46,185 nt of DNA from a virus (Duplodnaviria > Caudoviricetes): the IMG/VR virus record IMGVR_UViG_3300012844_000024, positions 1-46,185 of that record; one strand, 5' to 3'. The position numbers and the translations under genes are program-made. A model generated the notes under the pieces. The model searched no databases, was not told the DNA's origin, and saw nothing but the letters and a program-made list of their open reading frames with translations. Position 1 is the first letter of the stretch. Every line of letters begins with the position of its first letter. Positions 16,229 through 23,930 of the stretch are shown piece by piece.

Positions 16229-16293
16229 CCGTCCGATCCCTAATTAGGGACCCGGGCGCCAGTCCCTCATAAGGGACGCCAAATCGCAGAGAC

Positions 16294-16319
16294 AAAAAAG
16301 CCGGGTTCGCGGCCCGGCT
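16294..16319 (-). terminator. Minus-strand terminator (oop/t0-like position)
   Basis: AAAAAA-GCCGGG...CCCGGC. Confidence 0.65.
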
Positions 16320-16349
16320 CTCTGCAATACACAACTTGTGAAGGGAATT

Positions 16350-17210
16350 ATGCATATGCAGACCCAAAGTGTACAGGCCCTCAACCGGCCCGCGCCACAA
16401 AATGCGAGACTCGATTCTGTGGTGCGCAATTCTGATGTGATCCCGTTCGACTTCGATGGGGCCGCTGTCCGCGTCATCACCGATGAGATCGGCGATCCAT
16501 GGTTCGTAGCAAACGACATCGCCGTGGCCCTGGGCTATGCCAAGCCAGAAAACGCAGTGGCCCGGCATTGCAAGGCGGCAACCACTACCCCGAAACAGGG
16601 TGGTGGCTTTATGACCATCATCCCCGAGCGAGATCTGTATCGCCTGGTGATGAAGTCGAAACTTCCTGCGGCTGAGCGTTTTGAAGAGTGGGTCGTTGGC
16701 CAGGTGCTGCCAAGCATCCGAAAGACTGGCGGCTTCTCCGTGCAGGCCCCGAACAACTCCAAGATCGTTGGCGAGCTGGCCATCCTTGAGTGTTTCGACC
16801 GCCTCCTCAAGCCGGCGCCGTCCAGCAAAATGCAGATGCTGACCAAAATCGCTGAGAACAACGGCCTGAATGCCCAGTTCCTGCCTGGGTATGCGGTTGA
16901 TGCCGCCCCCGATTCGCCTGATGGCTCCAGCATGGCCTCCAAGCCGCTGACCGCGCTCCTCAAGTTGCACGGCATGAAGTGCTCGGCTGCGCCGTTCAAC
17001 TGGAAGCTGCGCGACGCAGGGATCATCAAGCAGATGTCCCGGGTGAACTCGAAGAAGGAGACCGTCTACTTCTGGTCGATCACCGAGAAGGGCCTGCGCT
17101 ACGGCAAGAACCTGACCAGCCCCCAGTGCCCCCGCGAAACCCAGCCGCATTGGTATGAGGATCGCTTCGCCGAACTGGCCGACCTGATCGTCTCCGGGGG
17201 TGCAGCATGA
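16350..17210 (+). CDS. Antirepressor, Bro-N plus KilAC-like domain
   Basis: FDFDGAAVRVI..PWFVANDIAVALGY..AERFEEWVVGQVLPSIRKTG; C-terminal FWSITEKGLRYGKNLTSP..TQPHWY. Confidence 0.88.
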   Translation: MHMQTQSVQALNRPAPQNARLDSVVRNSDVIPFDFDGAAVRVITDEIGDPWFVANDIAVALGYAKPENAVARHCKAATTTPKQGGGFMTIIPERDLYRLVMKSKLPAAERFEEWVVGQVLPSIRKTGGFSVQAPNNSKIVGELAILECFDRLLKPAPSSKMQMLTKIAENNGLNAQFLPGYAVDAAPDSPDGSSMASKPLTALLKLHGMKCSAAPFNWKLRDAGIIKQMSRVNSKKETVYFWSITEKGLRYGKNLTSPQCPRETQPHWYEDRFAELADLIVSGGAA

Positions 17211-17617
17211 GCATTCATGACATGCCGGAGGGCATGAAATCCGAGTTCCTGGCCGCCTTCCGCGCTGAATTCGGCTTCGGCGAGATGACGGCCACGGCCA
17301 ACGATGATGCCGCCGCAATGCTTAAGGCTGCCGCATGGGCCTGGCAGGCCTCCCGCGAGGCTGTACAGGTCTCCGATATCAGCCTCGAAGTCGCGGCGCT
17401 AATGCAGCGTATCGACGACGAGGAGCGTGGCCAGGCGCTCCTGGCTGAAGCGTTCGTCCGCGAATCGGGGCGCGCCTCGATCTCCGCCCTTCAGCGGCAT
17501 TTCAAGATCGCCTATGGGTCTGCGTGCCGGCTTATGGATCGACTGGTTGCTGACGGCGTTGTGAGCGCAATTGACTCAGAGGGCCGTCGCCAAGTCCTGC
17601 CGAAGGTGGCGCCATGA
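17207..17617 (+). CDS. Protein with FtsK gamma winged-helix domain
   Basis: FVRESGRASISALQRHFKIAYGSACRLMDRLVADGVVS..GRRQVL. Confidence 0.82.
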   Translation: MSIHDMPEGMKSEFLAAFRAEFGFGEMTATANDDAAAMLKAAAWAWQASREAVQVSDISLEVAALMQRIDDEERGQALLAEAFVRESGRASISALQRHFKIAYGSACRLMDRLVADGVVSAIDSEGRRQVLPKVAP

Positions 17618-17787
17618 TGCGCGCGACCCCGGTTTCAATGCGCCGCGCCCTGGAGGCTGCGCGCACGTATGCCGAGCACGGCATCCTGTTCGTGCCGGTT
17701 CCTGTGTTCAACGAGGATGACCAATCCGACCTGGTTCGCCAGGTGGATGAGCGCCTTGAGCGAATGGCCAAGGAGCTCGACCAATGA
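17614..17787 (+). CDS. DUF1382-like small protein
   Basis: Hand translation MMRATPVSMRRALEAARTYAEHGILFVPVPV...; ATGA-coupled at both ends. Confidence 0.6.
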   Translation: MMRATPVSMRRALEAARTYAEHGILFVPVPVFNEDDQSDLVRQVDERLERMAKELDQ

Positions 17788-18578
17788 GCGTCCAGTCCAT
17801 GTCCTGGGCCTTGGAGCAGCGCGACATCGTAGACGCCACTGCGCGCTACGTGCTGCTGGTCCTGGCCAACTACGCCGACAAGAACGGTCGCGGGGCGTTT
17901 CCGTCGTCATCCAGCATCAGTGAAGACACCGGTCTGTCCATTCGCACGGTCAAGTACAAGCTCGACCACCTGTTGGAGATCGGCGTAATTCGCCTTGGAA
18001 ATCAGGCAATTGCCGGCGCCTACATCGACCGTCACGACCGCCGTCCGACCGTCTATGACCTGTGCGTAGAACGGGGTGCACCAGCTGCACCCGGTTCTGA
18101 CCGGGGTGCAAATGACGACACAACGGGGTGCAGCTCACGACAGAACGGGGTGCAAACCACGACAGAACGGGGTGCAGGAGCTGCACCCAATCCATCAATA
18201 AACCATCAAGGAACCATCAAAGAACCAAAAGCTTCTGTCGCTGACGCTCCAGGGGCGGTCCGGTTCGATCGGTTTTGGACGCTCTACCCCCGCAAGGTCG
18301 GGAAGTCCGCCGCTGAAAAGTCCTGGGGAAAACTCAAGGTCACTGATGACCTGTTCGGCCTGATGGTCAAGTCCCTGGCCGCTTGGTCCGTATCCGCCGA
18401 CTGGACTAAGGATGGAGGCCAGTACATCCCGCACGCCGCCACCTGGCTGAACGGCAAGCGCTGGGAAGACGAGCTGCCCAAGCCAGCAGCTGCGAACCAA
18501 TCCGCGCCCCGCCGCCAGAGCAATGAACCCGACTTCAACGACTCATCCTGGGCCGAAGGGCTGATGGTGCGCACATGA
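17784..18578 (+). CDS. Replication initiator (O-like, N-terminal HTH)
   Basis: VLLVLANYADKNG..FPS..ISEDTGLSIRTV; FWTLYPRKVGK; IPHAATWLNGKRWEDE; contains iterons. Confidence 0.9.
   Translation: MSVQSMSWALEQRDIVDATARYVLLVLANYADKNGRGAFPSSSSISEDTGLSIRTVKYKLDHLLEIGVIRLGNQAIAGAYIDRHDRRPTVYDLCVERGAPAAPGSDRGANDDTTGCSSRQNGVQTTTERGAGAAPNPSINHQGTIKEPKASVADAPGAVRFDRFWTLYPRKVGKSAAEKSWGKLKVTDDLFGLMVKSLAAWSVSADWTKDGGQYIPHAATWLNGKRWEDELPKPAAANQSAPRRQSNEPDFNDSSWAEGLMVRT
18071..18230. repeat. Replication origin: iterons plus A-rich tract
   Basis: CGGGGTGCA at 18072, 18102, 18124, 18146 and 18168 (22-bp period for the last four); inverted TGCACCC copies; then (A)CCATCAA repeats. Confidence 0.85.
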
Positions 18579-19300
18579 AATCAGCAAACCAACTGATGGC
18601 TGCGATGGCCAACCGTCCGCCAGAGCTGCACGGCGGTCCCGTGGTGGTGTCGCTGGAGACTGCTGAGGTGGTCAACGACCTGTTCCGCCGCCTGCGCGGG
18701 ATCTTCCCGGCCTGGCGCCAAGCCTGGCCGTCCACCGAGGCCCTGGCCGCGGCCAAGGAGGAGTGGATCAAGGAGTTTGCCTCGGAGGGCATCCGCACGC
18801 TCGAGCAGATCGAGTTCGGCATCGAGAAGTGCCGCAAGCTCAAGAAGCCTTTCGCGCCGAGCGTGGGCGAGTTCATTGCGATGTGCCAGCCGACGCCCGA
18901 GGACTTCGGCATGCCGGCGCCGGCCGCTGCCTGGGTCGAAGCCCTGCTGGGTGTGTACAGCCACGAGGGCGTGAAGATCGCCGCCGTGGCCACTGGCCTG
19001 TTCGACCTGCGCGCTGCCCAGCAGAGCGACAAGGGCCTGCAGGCTCGCTTCGACCGGGCCTACGACATCGTGCTGCGCCGGGCGAAGGAAGGCCAGCCTC
19101 TGGACGGCAAGATCGCCACCGGCATCGGCCACGACAGCCAGAAGAGCCTGAGCGATCTGGCCGACGAGTACGCAAGCCAGCGCCAGGCCCGCCTGCTGGA
19201 CCTTCAGCAGATCCCATCGAGCGCCGCCGCGTGCCGTGCACACCTGCTGGCCAAGTTGAACATCAAGCGCGCCGGGCAGCCGGCCGGGGAGGGGGTGTGA
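18575..19300 (+). CDS. Replication protein P (helicase loader)
   Basis: LFRRLRGIFPAW..AKEEWIKEF..GIEKCR..PSVGEFIAMC; follows O. Confidence 0.88.
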   Translation: MKSANQLMAAMANRPPELHGGPVVVSLETAEVVNDLFRRLRGIFPAWRQAWPSTEALAAAKEEWIKEFASEGIRTLEQIEFGIEKCRKLKKPFAPSVGEFIAMCQPTPEDFGMPAPAAAWVEALLGVYSHEGVKIAAVATGLFDLRAAQQSDKGLQARFDRAYDIVLRRAKEGQPLDGKIATGIGHDSQKSLSDLADEYASQRQARLLDLQQIPSSAAACRAHLLAKLNIKRAGQPAGEGV

Positions 19301-19497
19301 GCCTTATTCGCGAGAACCTCATGAAGGAAAAAGGCTACCGGCCTTACTGCGGCAACGGTTATTGCGGCGGCCTGATGCCGCGCACCGTTTGGACTGGCAG
19401 CCAGTTCAAGTGCAACAGCTGTCACTGGGTATCTCAGTTCCCGGCTGACTTCATCGCCGAGTACAAGGCCAAGTGGTACGCCGAGGAGAAGCACTGA
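19297..19497 (+). CDS. Small zinc-ribbon protein
   Basis: GTG start overlapping the P stop; CGNGYC...CNSC. Confidence 0.65.
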   Translation: MSLIRENLMKEKGYRPYCGNGYCGGLMPRTVWTGSQFKCNSCHWVSQFPADFIAEYKAKWYAEEKH

Positions 19498-19829
19498 TGG
19501 ACACCAACAAGATGCGCGAGCAGTTTGAGAGCTTCGGTCGCGATGTTTTGGACTGGTCGGATGATGAGTTTCGTCTGGCGTCAGATGGAAAGTCCTACTA
19601 CTGGGGCGCCACGGGTGAAGCCTGGGTGTTCTGGCAGGCCTCCCGCGAGGCCGTGGTGGTGGAACTTCCCAGGGTGGTTGGTTTCGAGGGCGCGTATGAC
19701 TCGTACCGCCATCATGAATTCGTCCCGAGCATGAGCGACATTGAGGATGCAGACGAGATCTTCGGCCTGTGCCGCAGGGTTGAAGTCAAGGAAGCGATCG
19801 AGGCCCAGGGCATGAAGGTGGCGCCATGA
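19497..19829 (+). CDS. Hypothetical protein
   Basis: MDTNKMREQFE...WQASREAVVVELP. Confidence 0.75.
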   Translation: MDTNKMREQFESFGRDVLDWSDDEFRLASDGKSYYWGATGEAWVFWQASREAVVVELPRVVGFEGAYDSYRHHEFVPSMSDIEDADEIFGLCRRVEVKEAIEAQGMKVAP

Positions 19830-20101
19830 CCATCGACAAAGAGAAGCTGAAGGCGCTGGCCGCGGCCGCGAACGCAGTAACGACGGACGTGAACATCACC
19901 ATGGCCGTTGGTGCAGACCCTGTTGAGGTAAAAGCCGTTCAGGACTATCTCCAGGTGGCTATGCCCAAGACCATCCTGGCCCTGCTCGCGGAAATAGAGA
20001 CCGTCCGCACTGAAGCGAAGAGGCAGGAGGAAGGGCTGAAGGAGATGCTGCGCCGCCAGAACAAGCAGATCTGCGCCCTCAAGGGGAAGCGCTATGACTG
20101 A
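19826..20101 (+). CDS. Ead/Ea22-like protein
   Basis: MTIDKEKLKALA...PKTILALLAEIE. Confidence 0.7.
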   Translation: MTIDKEKLKALAAAANAVTTDVNITMAVGADPVEVKAVQDYLQVAMPKTILALLAEIETVRTEAKRQEEGLKEMLRRQNKQICALKGKRYD

Positions 20102-20510
20102 CTTCGTGATGCACAGCATGGCCGACGCCAGTCGGCTGTTCGGCCTGCTGCAGGCCCAGGACTTCACCAAGCCCAAGAAGATCGTCATCAAGGACCAGGA
20201 CCGCAGCGGCGAGCAAAACAAGAAGCTCCACGCCTGCCTGAGCGATATCGCCAAGCAGGTCGAGCACGCCGGGAAGAAATGGGATGTCCTGATCTGGAAG
20301 CGCCTCCTGACGGCCGCCTGGCTGCGTGAGGCGGGCGAACAGCCTCAGCTCATACCGGCACTCGACGGCAACGGCTTCGACGTCGTGTACGAGCGCACCA
20401 GCCAGCTCAGCGTGAAGCAGTGCGCGAGCCTGCTGGAGTGGATTCAAGCTTTCGGCGCCGAGCACCAGGTGCGCTGGAGCCAGAAGGATCTGTGGGAGGG
20501 TCGTTACTGA
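20094..20510 (+). CDS. ninB: NinB/Orf recombination protein
   Basis: RSGEQNKKLHACLSDIAKQV..WKRL..TSQLSVKQCASLLEWIQAFGAEHQVRW. Confidence 0.9.
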   Translation: MTDFVMHSMADASRLFGLLQAQDFTKPKKIVIKDQDRSGEQNKKLHACLSDIAKQVEHAGKKWDVLIWKRLLTAAWLREAGEQPQLIPALDGNGFDVVYERTSQLSVKQCASLLEWIQAFGAEHQVRWSQKDLWEGRY

Positions 20511-21106
20511 TGCTTGCCAAGGAGATCAAGCCGAAGAAGTGCAAGGCGCCAGGTTGCGGCAAGCCCTTCAGGCCGACAATGACCACGCAGAAGGTGTGCA
20601 GCATCGCCTGTGCGCTGGCTGTGTCGAAGGATTCGAAGGTGCAGAAGGTGGCGGCCAGGGCCATCACCGCGCAGGCCCGTCAGGACCTCCAGGCGCGCCG
20701 CGAGAAGCTGAAGACGAAGGGGGAGCACCTGCGAGAGGCTCAGCAGGCGTTCAACGCGTACATCCGCGAGAGGGACCGCCTGGCGGGGTATGCGTGCATC
20801 TCCAGCGGCCGACCGCTCGACTGGAACGGAAATGCGGTGGATGCCGGGCATTTCCGTAGCCGGGGTTCTGCGCCACACCTGCGCTTTGACGAGAACAACT
20901 GCCACGCCCAGTCGAAGCACGACAACCGCTACCTGTCGGGCAATGTGGCTGAGTACCGCATCGGCCTAATTCAGCGTATCGGTATCGAGGCTGTAGAGGC
21001 CCTGGAAAGGGACCAATCAGTCCGGCGCTACACCATCGAAGACCTGCAGGCCATCAAGGCCCTGTACAGGCAGAAGCTCAGAGACCTGAGGAGGGCAGCA
21101 GCATGA
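20510..21106 (+). CDS. ninG: NinG/Rap endonuclease
   Basis: AFNAYIRERD..CISSG..DAGHFRSRGSAPHLRFDENNCHAQ. Confidence 0.92.
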   Translation: MLAKEIKPKKCKAPGCGKPFRPTMTTQKVCSIACALAVSKDSKVQKVAARAITAQARQDLQARREKLKTKGEHLREAQQAFNAYIRERDRLAGYACISSGRPLDWNGNAVDAGHFRSRGSAPHLRFDENNCHAQSKHDNRYLSGNVAEYRIGLIQRIGIEAVEALERDQSVRRYTIEDLQAIKALYRQKLRDLRRAAA

Positions 21107-21249
21107 CACCAGCATGGGGATTCTTGATTTTGGCCACCCTCATGGTAGTGGGCGGTGTGGCGTTGTCCTGGGCGGGCGCGGTTCGCCGCAAGCGGTACTA
21201 CGAAGAATTCATTTTGAGCAAGGCCAGGCGGGCAGGGGGTGGGCAATGA
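21103..21249 (+). CDS. 48-aa membrane peptide
   Basis: Hand translation MTPAWGFLILATLMVVGGVALSWAGAVRRKR...; ATGA-coupled at both ends. Confidence 0.6.
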   Translation: MTPAWGFLILATLMVVGGVALSWAGAVRRKRYYEEFILSKARRAGGGQ

Positions 21250-21926
21250 ACTATCAGAACGTGGTATCGGCAGTGGTCCGCGCACTGGCGGCCGAGACGA
21301 TCAACAGCGCCGGTGGCTGCAATGTCGAACCGCGCGTGCAGGCGAGCAAGCTCAAGGGCGAGATCTCTGGTAAGGATGCCGCACTGCTTGCTGACTCGAT
21401 CGTGCACAAGCTGCTGCATGCCCAGCTCAGCCCGCGACACTGGAATGCCCTGGTGGCGAAGTACAGCACGCACAAGGGGCGGAAGATCGATTCCATTGGG
21501 CGATTGGTTGCCATCGTGCCAACCCCGGCGCCGAAGCGCTTCACTCAGCAGGCAGTTCTGGTCTGGGCGGTACCGCAGCAAACGAAGGGCATTCAGCGCA
21601 AGGTGCCGCAGTTCAAGGCGCCTGACCCTCTCGAAAACGAACGGGAAGGGCAGTGGGATTGGCGAAACAAGGCTGCTGCTGCCGCCGCTGAGCGCGCCAA
21701 CAAGCACGCCCGGGCCGTGGCCGAGGTGAAGCCGGGGGAGATGATCGTCCTGGCCGAGTCGAACTACGACATGACCAATTGGGATTCACAAGGCCTGACC
21801 GAGCGCACTTACCAGCGCTGGAATCGGGCCATCAAGGGCGCTCTGGAGGCGCTGGTGAATGAGGCGCTGACCGAGGCGCAGCACATGCTTGAGGCGATTG
21901 GCGTTTTATCCGGTGAGGCGGCATAG
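21246..21926 (+). CDS. Putative late antiterminator (Q-position protein)
   Basis: Lies after ninG and before the late promoter; C-terminal HTH-like GLTERTYQRW. Confidence 0.65.
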   Translation: MNYQNVVSAVVRALAAETINSAGGCNVEPRVQASKLKGEISGKDAALLADSIVHKLLHAQLSPRHWNALVAKYSTHKGRKIDSIGRLVAIVPTPAPKRFTQQAVLVWAVPQQTKGIQRKVPQFKAPDPLENEREGQWDWRNKAAAAAAERANKHARAVAEVKPGEMIVLAESNYDMTNWDSQGLTERTYQRWNRAIKGALEALVNEALTEAQHMLEAIGVLSGEAA

Positions 21927-21957
21927 CGGAGAAGGCCTGATCAGACCAAATTAGGCC

Positions 21958-21987
21958 TTGCAATATCATGTCGCCATGTCGTAAATT
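21958..21987 (+). promoter_or_regulatory. Late promoter pR' with a direct repeat in the spacer
   Basis: TTGCAA-18nt-TAAATT; spacer contains CATGTCG-C-CATGTCG. Confidence 0.65.
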
Positions 21988-22326
21988 TGCCCCATCCTGT
22001 CATTCCTGCGCATCAGTAGGAGTGGCGATCGAGCAGGAAGCTGCGGCTCCGGGTTCGGCGGGTTGTTGATATTGGGTGGGCTGGCAGTATCTATGTGGTT
22101 CCTGCAAGCAGTAATTGACACACCAAAAGCTACGCAACAACCTGGACAAGAAGGAGACGGACGGATGAAGACACTCGTAAAGAAAACGTTGGTAAATTTC
22201 TCAGCAAATGCATCAACAGCCTTCCTCGTCAATAACCTGCCAGCCTTGACCATCTGAGTTCCTCGATATCTATCGAGAATGCTCAACGAGTAAAAGTGTC
22301 GCTTGTCCGGCACACTCAATCCCTGA

Positions 22327-22360
22327 AGCCCGCCAGTTAACGCTGAGCGGGTTTTTTATT
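22327..22360 (+). terminator. tR'-like intrinsic terminator
   Basis: AGCCCGC...GCGGGTT followed by T-tract. Confidence 0.8.
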
Positions 22361-22394
22361 GCCCAAAGAGGCCCTCAACAGTCCCGGAGGCAGA

Positions 22395-22658
22395 ATGTCC
22401 CGGTCAACGTGCTGGAGCCTCCTGGCCTTCGCCATGGCTCTTGCCAGCTACGCCATGCATCGCGACATCAGCGCGAACATCTTCCTCGGGTGCCTCTTCA
22501 TCATCCAGGGCCTCAAAAGACCCGACGGCTCACCCCAAGAGCGCCGGGCACTCTTCCTGGCTGCAGCGCTCAGCGTCGGCATCCTCATTTTTGCGGTATG
22601 GGCACTTACCACGGGCGTGGACTTCCGCGGCCCTGCGCCATTCCGCTACAAACACTAA
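22395..22658 (+). CDS. Small multi-pass membrane protein
   Basis: Three hydrophobic segments; GGAGG RBS. Confidence 0.65.
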   Translation: MSRSTCWSLLAFAMALASYAMHRDISANIFLGCLFIIQGLKRPDGSPQERRALFLAAALSVGILIFAVWALTTGVDFRGPAPFRYKH

Positions 22659-22668
22659 GGGACTGAAC

Positions 22669-23058
22669 ATGGCCGATGCCGCTACCCCAGCAGCTTGCGC
22701 GGTTGTAGGGGCTGGAGGTATCGCCCTTGCCAGCTGCCTACCAACGATTGACCTGAATGCTGTCGTCTGTGCGTTCGGGAGCTCTCTGCTCTTTGTCCTC
22801 TGGGCCAAAGACCTGACCCTATGGCAGCGCCTGGGTTACCTCCTGGTCGGCTGGATCGGCGGGTACTACGGCTCGGCCGAGATCCTGGCCCAGGCCTGGA
22901 CGAAGACCAGCGGCATCGCGGCATTCGGCTGCGGCCTCGTGACGGTCCTGGTGAGCATCAGCGTTCTGGAGTCGTTCAACACCGGCAAACTGCCGAAGTG
23001 GGTAACCGAGCTGCCAGCAGCGATTGGCAGCCTGTTCCCCAAGCGAGGGGGCCAATGA
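22669..23058 (+). CDS. Putative holin
   Basis: Several TM segments; first late genes. Confidence 0.7.
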   Translation: MADAATPAACAVVGAGGIALASCLPTIDLNAVVCAFGSSLLFVLWAKDLTLWQRLGYLLVGWIGGYYGSAEILAQAWTKTSGIAAFGCGLVTVLVSISVLESFNTGKLPKWVTELPAAIGSLFPKRGGQ

Positions 23059-23372
23059 CCCTAGACCAAACCATCACCCTGGCCCACGCCGGGTTCTGCG
23101 GCGGTATCTGCTTCGTCATCGCGTTCATGTATCGGCGGGGCGACTCGAGCTACAAGTTCCTGCCCAGCCTGTGCGCCTTCTGCCTGGCCTCCCTGTTCGG
23201 CCAGGAGTGGCTGAGCATCATCGGTGCAATCCTCCTGTACGGGCAGTGGCCGGCTACATCACTGCCTAGCACCCTGATATTTGGAATCCTGTTCATCCTG
23301 GCGCTGCGTTCAAGGGGCAACGTGGCCAGGCTGTTCGATCAGTCCAGGCAAAGGCCGCGCGCCACAAAATAG
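23055..23372 (+). CDS. Phage holin family protein (3 TM)
   Basis: FMYRRGDSSYK..PSL...RSRGNVARL motifs. Confidence 0.78.
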   Translation: MTLDQTITLAHAGFCGGICFVIAFMYRRGDSSYKFLPSLCAFCLASLFGQEWLSIIGAILLYGQWPATSLPSTLIFGILFILALRSRGNVARLFDQSRQRPRATK

Positions 23373-23403
23373 AGGTTCGCCATTTCGTGGCGCGAGGTAT
23401 CCA

Positions 23404-23928
23404 ATGACAATCAAGCAACCCGACTGGGAGGCGATAGAACGAGCCTACCGGGCCGGGTCGCTTTCTATCCGCACTATCGCCGAGCGTCATAGCATCAGCG
23501 ACACCGCGATTCGCTCCAAGGCGAGAAAGAACGGATGGACGCGAGACCTGAGTGACCAGGTACGCCAGGCAGCCAAAGCCAAGCTGGTTCGCACCGAAGT
23601 TCGCACTGAAGGTTCGCACTGCGAACCGCGAACTGATGATGAAATTGTGGAGGAGGCAGCCACAGAGGCCGCCTCTGTCGTGCTGGCTCACCGCACGGGT
23701 CTGGCCAACTGGCGTGCCATAGCCGACAAGCTGTCAGTGGCCTTGGCCGAGATCGATGTGAACGAAGACAACCTGGGTGACTTCTCCAGAGCGCTTAACG
23801 CCGGTGTCGATGCCCAGCTCAAGGTCATCAAAGGCGAGCGCCAGGCATACGGCCTGGACAGCGAGGAAGGCAACCGCACGGTCGATGATCTGGCCGCACT
23901 GATGGACGAACTATCGAAGGATGCCTGA
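23404..23928 (+). CDS. terS: Terminase small subunit
   Basis: PDWEAIERAYRAGSLSIRTIAERHSISDTAIRSKARKNGW HTH; precedes terL. Confidence 0.88.
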   Translation: MTIKQPDWEAIERAYRAGSLSIRTIAERHSISDTAIRSKARKNGWTRDLSDQVRQAAKAKLVRTEVRTEGSHCEPRTDDEIVEEAATEAASVVLAHRTGLANWRAIADKLSVALAEIDVNEDNLGDFSRALNAGVDAQLKVIKGERQAYGLDSEEGNRTVDDLAALMDELSKDA

Positions 23929-23930
23929 CC

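Noticed and set aside
15927-17318. 463-aa minus-strand ORF
   Set aside because: Antisense to the well-supported antirepressor and small genes
18071-18190. Regularly spaced repeats as a mini CRISPR array
   Set aside because: 9-bp repeats with a 22-bp period inside the initiator gene are iterons; no cas genes in the window
21990-22330. tRNA genes in the Q-to-holin interval
   Set aside because: No T-loop GTTCRA motif with a matching acceptor stem or cloverleaf found
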